Origin: an uncultured bacterium
GTDB taxonomy: Bacteria; Bacteroidota; Bacteroidia; J057; JADKCL01
Assembly: GCA_963923035.1 (NCBI GenBank)
Contig: CAWUKT010000002.1
Location: 38,574 to 102,573 of the forward strand
Direction: 5' to 3'
Length of the DNA: 64,000 nt
Shown piece by piece: positions 27,289 to 37,128 of this stretch. Position 1 is the first letter of the stretch. The number at the start of each line of letters is the position of its first letter. The translations under genes and the position numbers were made by a program. The notes beneath the pieces were generated by a model that saw nothing but the letters and a program-made list of their open reading frames with translations, searched no databases and was not told the origin of the DNA.

Positions 27289-28422
27289 ATGAAAGTCAGA
27301 CAGTACATCATTGTGGCCGTTGCGGGGGTGGTCATTTTTTTCCTGGGAGGGACCTTGATGGGGTTCTTTTCGTCGATGAAAACCCCTGAGAAAAAGAAAA
27401 AGCCCCGGGCTGCGGTTACGACCGTTCCCGTTCAGGCCATTCAGTATTCGGAGCAGAGTACCGAACTGGAATATTTTGGCCGGGTCAGTTCTTACCGCAG
27501 TGTGGCCATGATCGCCGAAGTCCAGGGAGAAATCCTGGCCGGTAGCGTCCCCCTCAAAGATGGCCAGCGCATTCGCAAGGGCCAATTGCTCTTCCAAATC
27601 GACAATAAAGAAAGCCGACTCACGCTGCAAAGCACCAAGAGCCAGTTCATGAAGTCGATTGCGGACATCCTAGCCGACCTCAAAGTGGATTATCCTGAAA
27701 GTTTCCCCGTCTGGCAATCCTACTTCGAAAAGCTGGATGTGACCGAGCCGCTCCCGGAGTTGCCGGAAGTCAAGGACCTCAAGGAAAAGACCTTCCTGTC
27801 CACCCGTGGCATCTTCAGCAGCTACTACAATATCCTCGCCTCCGAGGAACGCCTGACCAAATACCGGATGTACGCGCCCTTCTCGGGCAACCTGCAAAAT
27901 GTCCAGCTCGAAGCTGGCGCCATTGCGAGCCCCGGTTCGCGGATTGCCACGCTCGTGCGCACCGACCAGCTGGAGCTGGTCATCCCTGTCCGCGACGAAG
28001 ACCTGCAATGGCTGACCGAAGGGACAAAAGTCATCGTCCGCTCTGAGGGAGATGACCTCGAATGGACCGGGCAGATCGCCCGAATTGGCGAGCTCGTCGA
28101 CGCCGCCACCCAATCGGTGAATGTCTATGTCCGTGTGAACGGAACCAAGGAACAGCCCATCCTCGAAGGCCAGTACCTGAATGCGTCCTTGCCCGGCAAG
28201 GTCGTGCGCCAGGCCATGGAAGTGCCCCGCAGCGCCCTATTCGACGGCCACTACGTTTATACCATCCAGGATTCGGCGATGGCGCGCGCCTCGGTGACCG
28301 TCCACAAGGAAAATCCCCAAACCGCCATCATTTCCGGGCTCCCGGCCGGCACCACGATGGTGACTGAAATTCCCCTCAACGCCAAGGAAGGCCTTCCGGT
28401 CAAAACCATCGCCGCCCAATGA
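27289..28422 (+). CDS. Efflux RND transporter periplasmic adaptor subunit
   Basis: 377 aa with an N-terminal TM anchor and an HlyD/MFP-like barrel-sandwich and coiled-coil pattern. ATGA overlap with the RND pump gene. Confidence 0.85.
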   Translation: MKVRQYIIVAVAGVVIFFLGGTLMGFFSSMKTPEKKKKPRAAVTTVPVQAIQYSEQSTELEYFGRVSSYRSVAMIAEVQGEILAGSVPLKDGQRIRKGQLLFQIDNKESRLTLQSTKSQFMKSIADILADLKVDYPESFPVWQSYFEKLDVTEPLPELPEVKDLKEKTFLSTRGIFSSYYNILASEERLTKYRMYAPFSGNLQNVQLEAGAIASPGSRIATLVRTDQLELVIPVRDEDLQWLTEGTKVIVRSEGDDLEWTGQIARIGELVDAATQSVNVYVRVNGTKEQPILEGQYLNASLPGKVVRQAMEVPRSALFDGHYVYTIQDSAMARASVTVHKENPQTAIISGLPAGTTMVTEIPLNAKEGLPVKTIAAQ

Positions 28423-31400
28423 TTGCCAAGCTCATAGAATACTTTGTCCGGTATCCCATCTGGTCCAATGCCACCATTGTGTTTTTTCTGGTGGCGGGTC
28501 TGGTCGGGTTCAACGGCCTCAAAATGTCCTTCTTCCCCGAGTCCTCCGACCGGACGGTGGTGGTGGAAGTCGCCTATCCGGGCGCGTCGCCGGAGGAAAT
28601 GGAGGAAGGGGTCGTCCTGAAGGTCGAAGATGGCCTCAAGGGAACGCAGGGACTCGAAGAAATTACCTCGACGTCTTCCGAAAACTTCGCCATTGTGCGG
28701 GTCAAGTGGGAAGAAGGCTACGACGGCGACCGCTTCCTGGCGGATGTCAAAAATGCCGTCGACCGGATCAGCTCCTTCCCGGTGGATGCAGAAAAGCCGG
28801 TGGTATACAAGCAAAAGGACCTTGGGGGCGCCATGACCATGGTGCTGACCGGGGAAGCCGATCTGTATGAATTGAAACAGACCGCCGAACGCATCGAAGA
28901 TGATTTTCTGGCGACGGGATATATTTCCCAGGTCGGCCTGTCGGGCTTTCCCAACCGGGAAATTTCGATCGAGGTCTCCGAAGATCAATTGCTGCGGTAC
29001 AGCCTGACCTTTACGGAGGTCGCCAATGCGGTGCGGACGAACAATACGGATATTTCCGGGGGGGCCATCCGCTCGCGGGAAGAAGAGATTCTGATTCGGG
29101 CGGAGAACAAATCGTATACGCCGGAGGGCATCGGGGAGATCATTGTGCGGACGAATGCGGACGGGAGCCGCATCCTGGTGCGCGATGTCGTGACTTCCAT
29201 CAAGGAACGGTTCGCAGAATCACCCGCCAAAACGCTCTACAACGACCAGCCCGCCGTAACCATCAATGTCCAGAAGCTGATTTCTGAGGACCTGATTCAG
29301 ATCACGGACTTCCTGAAGGAATACATCGAAGATTGGAACCTGAACAATGAGCGGGTCAAAATCGCCATCATCAACGACCAAAGTGAAGGCTTGAACCAGC
29401 GCCTGGATTTGTTGGTGGAAAATGGAGTCCTCGGATTGATTCTCGTCCTGGTGGCCCTCGGCTTCTTCCTGAACTTCCGCCTCTCCTTCTGGGTCGCCTG
29501 GGGCATTCCCTTCTCCTTCATGGGCATGTTCTTCGTCGCTTACCTCGTCGGCATCACCATCAATATGCTGTCTCTGTTCGGCATGATTCTCTCGGTGGGG
29601 ATTCTGGTGGACGACGGCATTGTGGTGGGGGAAAATATATTCGCGCATTACGAGCGGGGAAAATCGCCCGTGCGAGCGGCCATTGATGGGGCCATGGAGG
29701 TATTGCCTTCGGTTTTTACTTCCGTCACGACCACCATCATTGTTTTCTCCATCTTCTTCTTCCTCAGCGGCCAAATCAGCAATTTCCTCGGAGAAGTCGC
29801 GGTGGTCATGGTGGCAACGTTGGCATTTTCCCTCATTGAATGTACCCTCGTACTGCCCGCTCACCTCGCCCACTCCCGGTCCCGCAACAAGAAAAGCGCC
29901 ATCCGGGACTTCTTCGACGGCATCATCGACTTCCTGAAAAATCGCGTCTACGGCAATGTCCTCCGGTTCTTCATCAAGTACCGCGGCGCCACCCTAATCA
30001 TTCCGGTCTTCATGTTGATGGTCACAATGGGCCTGATGAACGGAGGCTTTATCCAGCAAACCTTCTTCCCGAACATTGAAAATGACCAGACTTCGGTCTC
30101 GCTGATCATGAAACCGGGAACGCGGGAGCAGATTGTGGAGATGGAACTGCGGAAAATGAATGAGATCGTGTGGCAAATCAACCGGGAACTGGCCCAGGAA
30201 TACAATATCGACTCGATCATCACCGATACCCGGATTGAGATTGGGTCGGCCAGTGGCGAATCGGGCGGCCATACCGGCACGCTCAATATTTCGTTGATGG
30301 ACAACGATGACCGCCCGGTCGCAGCCGGAGAGATCGACCAAATGCTGCGCGAGCGCGTACAGGTGCCTGCCACGGCGGAAAAGTTCCTCGTCGGTGGCTT
30401 CCGGACCTTCGGCAAGCCTGTATCGGTTTCCCTCACGGGCAACAACCTTGAAATCCTGAACTCAGCCAATGAGTCGCTCCAAAACGAATTGCGGCAATTC
30501 ACCGCCCTCAAGGACGTCACCGACAACCAGCAGGCGGGCAAACGCGAAGTCAAAATCAAACTCAAGCCCAAGGCCTATAACCTGGGATTGACCCAGGGAG
30601 AAATCGCCCGCCAAGTCCGGCAGGGCTTCTTCGGCGAGGAAGTCCAGCGCCTCCAAAAGGGCGAGGACGAGGTCAAGGTCTGGGTCCGCTACCCCGAATC
30701 GGGCCGCGACAACCTCGGCGAGCTGGACAATATGCGGATCAAAACACTGGCGGGGACCTCGTTCCCGTTCTCTGAAGTCGCCGAATACAAAATCGAGCGG
30801 GGCATCGTGGCCATCAACCACTTCAATGGCGCCCGCGAAATCAAAGTGGAAGCCGACCTCGCCGACCAAAGCAAAGCGGTCGGGCCCATCCAGGAGGAGA
30901 TCGAAAACGATGTCCTCCCGCGGGTTCTGGACGCCCACCCGGGGGTCCGGGCGGAATTCAGAGGCCAGGCCCAGCGCCAGGCCGAACTCTTTTCCAGTGC
31001 GCCGGTCGTGGTTTCGGTGGCCATTTTCCTGATGTTCCTCCTCCTGACCCTGACCTTCCGCAGCCTTCCCCAGGCCCTGATGCTGATCCCGATGATCATC
31101 CTCGGACTGGTCGGAGCCCTGTGGGGACACGGCATCCACGGCAAGCCCGTCTCGCTGCTGTCCATGTACGGTCTGCTGGCGGTCTCGGGGATTGTCATCA
31201 ACGACGCCGTGGTCCTCATGGCCAAATTCAATTTGAATATCCGGTCGGGAATGAAGGTCATCGAGGCGGCGTACGAAGCGGGCTTGTCGCGCTTTCGGGC
31301 CATCCTGTTGACTTCCGTGACGACGGTCGCAGGGCTCTATCCGCTGATCCTCGAATCGAGTCGCCAGGCCCAATTCCTGATTCCAATGGCCATTTCGGTG

Positions 31401-31694
31401 GTTTACGGGGTATTGTTCGGGACTTTGTTCATCCTCCTCTTTTTCCCCACCCTCATTGTCTTCCTCAGCGACGTCCGCCTCGTCCTCTTCTGGGGCTGGC
31501 GGGCCCTGTGGGACGGCAATATGGACTGGCCGAGCCGGCAGGAGGTCGAACCATCGTATCGGGAGGATATCAAGACCAGTAAGTATTACCAAGAGCAGTC
31601 GCAGGTACAAACTTCTGAACCCGTAGTGGCCTTTGCCGGGCCGAAAAATGGCAATGGTGTATCCAATGAACGGCAACAAGCAGATGTGGAATAA
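28419..31694 (+). CDS. Efflux RND transporter permease (AcrB/AcrD/AcrF family)
   Basis: 1091 aa with the 12-TM/two-large-loop architecture and typical ACR_tran motifs (GILVDDGIVVGENI, SGIVINDAVVLM). Confidence 0.95.
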   Translation: MIAKLIEYFVRYPIWSNATIVFFLVAGLVGFNGLKMSFFPESSDRTVVVEVAYPGASPEEMEEGVVLKVEDGLKGTQGLEEITSTSSENFAIVRVKWEEGYDGDRFLADVKNAVDRISSFPVDAEKPVVYKQKDLGGAMTMVLTGEADLYELKQTAERIEDDFLATGYISQVGLSGFPNREISIEVSEDQLLRYSLTFTEVANAVRTNNTDISGGAIRSREEEILIRAENKSYTPEGIGEIIVRTNADGSRILVRDVVTSIKERFAESPAKTLYNDQPAVTINVQKLISEDLIQITDFLKEYIEDWNLNNERVKIAIINDQSEGLNQRLDLLVENGVLGLILVLVALGFFLNFRLSFWVAWGIPFSFMGMFFVAYLVGITINMLSLFGMILSVGILVDDGIVVGENIFAHYERGKSPVRAAIDGAMEVLPSVFTSVTTTIIVFSIFFFLSGQISNFLGEVAVVMVATLAFSLIECTLVLPAHLAHSRSRNKKSAIRDFFDGIIDFLKNRVYGNVLRFFIKYRGATLIIPVFMLMVTMGLMNGGFIQQTFFPNIENDQTSVSLIMKPGTREQIVEMELRKMNEIVWQINRELAQEYNIDSIITDTRIEIGSASGESGGHTGTLNISLMDNDDRPVAAGEIDQMLRERVQVPATAEKFLVGGFRTFGKPVSVSLTGNNLEILNSANESLQNELRQFTALKDVTDNQQAGKREVKIKLKPKAYNLGLTQGEIARQVRQGFFGEEVQRLQKGEDEVKVWVRYPESGRDNLGELDNMRIKTLAGTSFPFSEVAEYKIERGIVAINHFNGAREIKVEADLADQSKAVGPIQEEIENDVLPRVLDAHPGVRAEFRGQAQRQAELFSSAPVVVSVAIFLMFLLLTLTFRSLPQALMLIPMIILGLVGALWGHGIHGKPVSLLSMYGLLAVSGIVINDAVVLMAKFNLNIRSGMKVIEAAYEAGLSRFRAILLTSVTTVAGLYPLILESSRQAQFLIPMAISVVYGVLFGTLFILLFFPTLIVFLSDVRLVLFWGWRALWDGNMDWPSRQEVEPSYREDIKTSKYYQEQSQVQTSEPVVAFAGPKNGNGVSNERQQADVE

Positions 31695-33009
31695 AAAAAT
31701 CATTTGGGGCGCCCTGTTGGGCCTGTGTTTCCTGGGCGGTTCCCACTTGTGGGGCCAACAATCCATTGGATTGGAGGAAGCGTTGGAAGCGACCCTGGCG
31801 AACAATTTCGATATCCGCATCGAAGATGCGCGCACCGAGATTTCCCGCAACAACAATACCTGGGAAGCCGCCGGAAGGTACCCGACCATCGACCTCCAAT
31901 TCAGCAACGGCAACCGACTCTCCAACGTCGACAACCCAGCCTCGTTCATCAACGGCCAATTTTCGAACCTGGGCGTGACGGGAACGCTGGATGTGAATTG
32001 GAACCTGTTTTCAGGGTTTCGGGTGCAAATCACGAAGGAGCGACTCGCAGAATTGGAGCGGCAATCGGAGGGGAATGTGGCATTGGTGGTGGAAAACAGC
32101 CTCCAGGCAGTGATTTTGCAGTATTGGGATTGTGTAGTGCAAAAGGAACGGGTGCGGATTCTGGAATTCAACCTGGAGCTGTCGCGGGACCGTTTGGCCT
32201 ACGTCAAGACCAAAAAGAACCTCGGAACGGGAACAACTTTTGAATTGCTCAACCTCCAAACCGCCTACCAGACCGACTCGTCGAACCTGCTGCTCCAGGA
32301 ACTGGCCTACGACAATTCGCTGCGCAGCCTCGGCCAACTGATCGGCTTGCCCACCGATTCGAGCCTTACCACCCGGGATGGATTGCGCCGGGATTTTGAC
32401 GCTTACGATGTGGATGACCTGCGGTCGAAGATGTTCAGCAATAACCTCAACCTTCGCAACCAGTTCATCAACCTGGAAATCCTCCAAAAAGATGTCGATT
32501 TGGCGCGTTCGGGCCGCTATCCCAGTATCGGCTTAAACCTGGGGAGTACTTATTCCAGCAACCGGTTCAACCTGGAAGGCTTCGATCCCGCTTCGGGTAG
32601 CCAGCTCGATTACTACGCCAATTTCAGCCTGAATTTCTCGCTGTACAATGGCGGCACGGTGCGGCGCTCGATCCAGAATGCGGAAATCAGCCGGACGGTG
32701 GGCCAGATTGGGATCGACCAGATGGAACAGGACATGGATTACCAGCTGGTGAATGCGCTGGCGCTGTACGACACCCGTCGTCAGTTGCTCGGATTGGCGC
32801 GGGAGACCCGCGACATCGCCGCCCAAAACCTCGACATCGCCGAGGCCAAATTTGAAAATGGCACCCTCAGTTCATTCGATTACCGGGACGTTCAAATCGC
32901 CTACCTGAATTCCTATTTTGCTGAGGTACAAGCCCTTTACAATGTAGTAGAAGCCGAAACATCGCTGCTGCGGTTGGTCGGGGGAATCGTGGACATGGTG
33001 CAGGAGTAA
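31684..33009 (+). CDS. TolC family outer-membrane efflux protein
   Basis: Signal peptide from the ATG at 31684 (MWNKKIIWGALLGLCFLGGSHLWGQ) and two OEP repeats (LEEALEATLANNFDIRI.., LDIAEAKFENGTLSSFDYRDVQ). Confidence 0.85.
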   Translation: MWNKKIIWGALLGLCFLGGSHLWGQQSIGLEEALEATLANNFDIRIEDARTEISRNNNTWEAAGRYPTIDLQFSNGNRLSNVDNPASFINGQFSNLGVTGTLDVNWNLFSGFRVQITKERLAELERQSEGNVALVVENSLQAVILQYWDCVVQKERVRILEFNLELSRDRLAYVKTKKNLGTGTTFELLNLQTAYQTDSSNLLLQELAYDNSLRSLGQLIGLPTDSSLTTRDGLRRDFDAYDVDDLRSKMFSNNLNLRNQFINLEILQKDVDLARSGRYPSIGLNLGSTYSSNRFNLEGFDPASGSQLDYYANFSLNFSLYNGGTVRRSIQNAEISRTVGQIGIDQMEQDMDYQLVNALALYDTRRQLLGLARETRDIAAQNLDIAEAKFENGTLSSFDYRDVQIAYLNSYFAEVQALYNVVEAETSLLRLVGGIVDMVQE

Positions 33010-33147
33010 GTCAAGGGAAATCTTTCTTTCTCCGACCCGCTGAAAGTCCCATTTTTTGCTGATTTTTGCCCCCGAAACCTGACCGTTCTTTCCTTTGTTA
33101 ATCCCTGGCAATCCAATAAATTGCCATTGCATTTTACTACAATAATC

Positions 33148-34560
33148 ATGTCTGAATATACTTACGACGTCGTCGTGATCGGATCTGGCCCTGGTGGCTA
33201 TGTTGCAGCCATCCGTTGTGCCCAGCTGGACCTGAAAACCGCCATCATCGAACGTTATCCCACCCTCGGCGGTACCTGCCTCAATGTGGGCTGTATTCCT
33301 TCCAAGGCATTGCTCGATTCTACCCACCACTACCATGACGCCGCTCACAAGTTCAAGGAGCACGGCATTGGGTTGGAGAATCTGAGTGTGGACATGCCGC
33401 AAATGATCAAGCGGAAGGCCGAAGTCGTCAAGGCCACTACGGACGGGGTTGATTTTTTGATGAAGAAAAATAAAATCGACGTCTTCCACGGACACGGTTC
33501 CTTCAAGGATGCCCATACCATCTCCATCGCCGGAGATGACAAGACCGAAGAAATTACCACCAACAAGGTGATCATTGCGACCGGTTCCAAGCCGAGCAGT
33601 GTTCCCGGCGTCGAAATCGACAAGCAGCGCATCATCACCTCCACAGAAGCCCTCGAAATCACCGAAGTCCCGGACAAAATGGTCATCATTGGCGCCGGTG
33701 TCATCGGACTGGAAATGGGTTCGGTCTTTGCCCGTCTGGGAACCGAAATCGAGGTCATTGAATATTCGGACAAGCCGCTCGGAGGCATGGATGGTGCGAT
33801 GAGTCGGGAAATCAAAAAGGTGCTGTCGAAGGAGCTCAAATTCAAGTTCCACTTCAAGCACAAAGTCACTTCCGCCAAGGTCGAGGGAGATCGGGTGTTG
33901 GTGACGGCAGAAAACATGAAAAAAGGGGACGAGGTGAATTTCGAAGGCGCTTATTGCCTCGTGGCCACCGGACGTCGTCCTTATACGGATAATCTGGGGC
34001 TGGAAAATGCCGGCGTGCAGAAGGATGACCGAGGCCGCATCGAAGTCGACGACCACCTCCAGACCAATGTCCCCGGCATTTATGCCATCGGAGACGTGGT
34101 CAAAGGCGCCATGCTCGCCCATAAGGCTTCGGAAGAAGGCGTTTTTGTGGCGGAAGTCATCGCCGGACAGCACCCACACATCAACTACCGGGCCATCCCG
34201 AATGTGGTCTATACCTGGCCGGAAGTGGCCGGCGTCGGGTTTACCGAAGAGGAGCTCAAGGCCAATGGCACTCCGTACAAGTCGGGTACGTTCCATTTCC
34301 GCGCGAGCGGACGCGCGCGGGCCAGCATGGATACCGACGGGCTTGTGAAAATCCTTTCCCACAAGGAAACCGACGAAATGCTCGGGATGCACATCATCGG
34401 TCCGCGGGCCGCGGACATGATCATGGAAGGCGTCATGGGCGTCGAATTCCGGGCTTCCGCAGAAGACCTGGCCATTTTCTCCCACGCGCACCCGACCTTT
34501 TCCGAAAGCATCAAGGAAGCTGCCATGGACGCCACCGGCGCCCGGGCCATCCACAAATAA
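33148..34560 (+). CDS. lpdA: Dihydrolipoyl dehydrogenase
   Basis: 470 aa: YDVVVIGSGPGGY, the redox-active GGTCLNVGCIPSK, an NAD site IIGAGVIGLE and a C-terminal HAHPTFSE. Confidence 0.95.
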   Translation: MSEYTYDVVVIGSGPGGYVAAIRCAQLDLKTAIIERYPTLGGTCLNVGCIPSKALLDSTHHYHDAAHKFKEHGIGLENLSVDMPQMIKRKAEVVKATTDGVDFLMKKNKIDVFHGHGSFKDAHTISIAGDDKTEEITTNKVIIATGSKPSSVPGVEIDKQRIITSTEALEITEVPDKMVIIGAGVIGLEMGSVFARLGTEIEVIEYSDKPLGGMDGAMSREIKKVLSKELKFKFHFKHKVTSAKVEGDRVLVTAENMKKGDEVNFEGAYCLVATGRRPYTDNLGLENAGVQKDDRGRIEVDDHLQTNVPGIYAIGDVVKGAMLAHKASEEGVFVAEVIAGQHPHINYRAIPNVVYTWPEVAGVGFTEEELKANGTPYKSGTFHFRASGRARASMDTDGLVKILSHKETDEMLGMHIIGPRAADMIMEGVMGVEFRASAEDLAIFSHAHPTFSESIKEAAMDATGARAIHK

Positions 34561-34575
34561 AACTGCGATCCAGCG

Positions 34576-34615
34576 ATTCCCGGGCCATTCGAAGAGACTG
34601 GTCCGGGAATTTTTC
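34576..34615 (+). terminator. Rho-independent terminator after lpdA
   Basis: Stem ATTCCCGG (34576-34583) / CCGGGAAT (34603-34610), followed by TTTTC. Confidence 0.6.
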
Positions 34616-34651
34616 ACATCCACCGTTGTTCATTCAACCTGATTTCGCCCC

Positions 34652-35437
34652 ATGAGCCATCCCCAAGATGCCTGGACCATTGGAGAGAAGACCTTCACCT
34701 CCCGCTTGATGATCGGTACGTCCCAGTATCCGAACCCCGAACTCATGTTCCGGGCCATCGAAGCCAGCGGCGCGGAAATTGTGACGCTCTCCATCCGGCG
34801 GATCAACCTCAGTGACCCCAGCAGCACCTACCTCTCCCACGATTTCATGCAGCAATACCAGCTGCTCCCCAATACGTCCGGTTGTTATACCGCCAAAGAG
34901 GCCGTCCTAACCGCCGAATTGGCGCGGGAAGCCCTCGGCACGAATTGGATCAAGGTCGAGGTGATCGGGGACGAGAAAACCCTGCTGCCGGACTCGGTGG
35001 AATTGCTCAAGGCCTGCGAAATCCTCGTCCAAAAGGACTTCGTCGTCCTGCCCTACTGCAACGACGATCCGATCCTGTGCAAGCGCCTCGCCGACCTCGG
35101 CTGCGCCGCTGTCATGCCCCTGGCCGCCCCCATCGGCACCGGCCTCGGCATCCGCAATCCCCACAACCTCCAACTGATCCGCGATGCGGTCGACCTCCCG
35201 TTGATCGTTGATGCTGGAATCGGGACGGCCAGCGATGCGGCCATCGCCATGGAGCTCGGCTACGACGGCATCCTGCTGAATACCGCCATCGCCCACGCGC
35301 AAGACCCCGTGCTCATGGCCCAGGCCATGAAGTGGGGCGTTGAGGCGGGCCGCGCCGCCTACCGCGCCGGCCGGGTCCCCAAATCCTACCACGCCAAGGC
35401 CTCCAGCCCCCTGGATGGCCTGTTGTTTGATATTTGA
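34652..35437 (+). CDS. thiG: Thiazole synthase
   Basis: 261 aa: [61 protein letters not shown]. Confidence 0.9.
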   Translation: MSHPQDAWTIGEKTFTSRLMIGTSQYPNPELMFRAIEASGAEIVTLSIRRINLSDPSSTYLSHDFMQQYQLLPNTSGCYTAKEAVLTAELAREALGTNWIKVEVIGDEKTLLPDSVELLKACEILVQKDFVVLPYCNDDPILCKRLADLGCAAVMPLAAPIGTGLGIRNPHNLQLIRDAVDLPLIVDAGIGTASDAAIAMELGYDGILLNTAIAHAQDPVLMAQAMKWGVEAGRAAYRAGRVPKSYHAKASSPLDGLLFDI

Positions 35438-35443
35438 TCTGCC

Positions 35444-36358
35444 ATGAATTCTTCTGTTCAAGGAGCCCTCATTGGGCTCGCGGTCGGCGATGCCGTCGGC
35501 ACCACCCTCGAATTCCAAGCCCCGGGAACCTTCGAACCGATCACCGATATGGTGGGCGGAGGGCCGTTTCGGTTGCCGGTCGGCGCCTGGACGGATGACA
35601 TGGCCATGGCCCTTTGTCTGGCGGAAAGCCTGATCCATCGCCAGGAATTTGATCCTGCCGATCAGATGCGACGCTACGTGAATTGGATGCGGCACGGGTA
35701 CATGAGCTCGACCGGGGAATGTTTTGACATTGGGAATACGGTCGCGTCGGCTTTGAACCGCTTTCTGGAAAGTGGGGAGCCTTTTTCGGGCTCGACCGAT
35801 CCGTATTCGGCGGGAAATGGCTCTCTGATGCGCCTCGCGCCAATTCCGATGTTTTTCCGCGGGCATCCGGAGGAAGCCATTCGGTTGGCGGGGGAGTCGA
35901 GCCGTACGACCCACGGCGCGCAAGCGGCCGTGGATGCCTGCAGGTATTATGCCGGGCTGTTGATTGGGGCGATGGAAGGGGCTTCCAAGTCAGAATTGTT
36001 GGGCCCGGGCTATCGGCCGGGCGGGCAATGGGCCGAAGGGGAACTGGATTCCAGTATTTGGGAAGTGGCGGCGGGAAGTTTTCGGGAAAAAGAGCCGCCG
36101 GAGATTGTGGGATCGGGGTATGTGGTCAAAAGTTTGGAAGCAGCGCTGTGGGCTTTTGATCGGAGCGATGATTTTCGGAGTGGTTGCCTGTTGGCCGCCA
36201 ATCTGGGGAACGATGCGGATACGACGGCCGCGATCTACGGGCAATTGGCCGGGGCTTATTATGGCGTGGAGGGGATTCCCACCAACTGGGTTGACCGCAT
36301 GGTTATGCGCGATTTTATCTTTGAAACGGCTACGTTGCTGGAGCGGGGTCCTGACTGA
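35444..36358 (+). CDS. ADP-ribosylglycohydrolase family protein
   Basis: 304 aa: GALIGLAVGDAVGTTLEF, WTDDMAMALCLAESL, GNGSLMRLAP, NLGNDADTTAAIYGQLAGAYYG. Confidence 0.85.
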   Translation: MNSSVQGALIGLAVGDAVGTTLEFQAPGTFEPITDMVGGGPFRLPVGAWTDDMAMALCLAESLIHRQEFDPADQMRRYVNWMRHGYMSSTGECFDIGNTVASALNRFLESGEPFSGSTDPYSAGNGSLMRLAPIPMFFRGHPEEAIRLAGESSRTTHGAQAAVDACRYYAGLLIGAMEGASKSELLGPGYRPGGQWAEGELDSSIWEVAAGSFREKEPPEIVGSGYVVKSLEAALWAFDRSDDFRSGCLLAANLGNDADTTAAIYGQLAGAYYGVEGIPTNWVDRMVMRDFIFETATLLERGPD

Positions 36359-36372
36359 GTCAGGACTTTTTC
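36348..36372 (+). terminator. Hairpin/terminator embedding both convergent stop codons
   Basis: Perfect 8-bp palindrome GTCCTGAC-TGA-GTCAGGAC (36348-36366) followed by TTTTT. The TGA loop is the stop codon of the + strand gene. Confidence 0.45.
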
Positions 36373-37094
36373 GTGAAAACGGGAATGGAAATGCCGAAAT
36401 CCAAATGGAGACGGCTGCCATAGGACCAAAATCTGACCGTTTCCTCCGTGGTTTCCGTTCCATTTTCCAAGGTGATCAAAAACTCCCCTTCATAAATCCG
36501 GCTCAATCCCTGGTGATAGGCCATGCGACTGAACACCACTATGCCCCGCTTGAATTCGTATTCCAATGCTGCGCCCACAAAAGGACTGTATTTGACGGCT
36601 TCTTCCCGGTTCGGAAGTTCATACGACAAGGAATATTGGCCCAGGTCCGTGGAATAGCTGAGTGAAAAACTCATACCACTCCTTTGGATAAACGCCAATT
36701 CAGCTCCGATCCTCGGACTGAAAAACAATCTTTCGCCCCATTTTTCCTTCAAAATGGGCAATCGGTGCCGATAGGCAATGCCCAGGGTAAAGGTCTCGTG
36801 GCTCACGCCGCTCAAAGCCCCCAAACTGCTTTCGTAGGGCTCAAACGTGAGGTACTGGTCGAAATAACGGCCGTCCAATTCCAAAAACCCATTCTTGCCT
36901 GGAAATCGATACGCCAATTGGCCGCCAATGGCATAGCCCTGGAGCCGGTTTTGGTTGTCGACGAGGAAGAGGGATCGGTTGAAGCGGGCATAATCGGCGT
37001 TGAGGCCCGTATAGATGCCCACGTCCAATCGGGATTGGGCGAAAAAGGGGGAGAAGAGGAATAAAGAGCAAGCCAACAGGGCGAATTTTTTCAT
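36360..37094 (-). CDS. Hypothetical secreted protein, probable beta-barrel
   Basis: Signal peptide MKKFALLACSLFLFSPFFAQ from the ATG at 37094, with alternating aromatic/Gly-rich strands. Confidence 0.6.
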   Translation of the reverse strand: MKKFALLACSLFLFSPFFAQSRLDVGIYTGLNADYARFNRSLFLVDNQNRLQGYAIGGQLAYRFPGKNGFLELDGRYFDQYLTFEPYESSLGALSGVSHETFTLGIAYRHRLPILKEKWGERLFFSPRIGAELAFIQRSGMSFSLSYSTDLGQYSLSYELPNREEAVKYSPFVGAALEYEFKRGIVVFSRMAYHQGLSRIYEGEFLITLENGTETTEETVRFWSYGSRLHLDFGISIPVFTKKS

Positions 37095-37128
37095 GGTCCG
37101 CCTAAACTCGCTCGTTTTGCCCATTCTT

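Noticed and set aside
34561-34651. Possible TPP riboswitch upstream of thiG.
   Set aside because: The 91-nt gap holds only the lpdA terminator hairpin (34576-34615). It is too short for a THI element and lacks the CUGAGA / ACCUGAUCUGGAUAAUGCCAGCG-type core.
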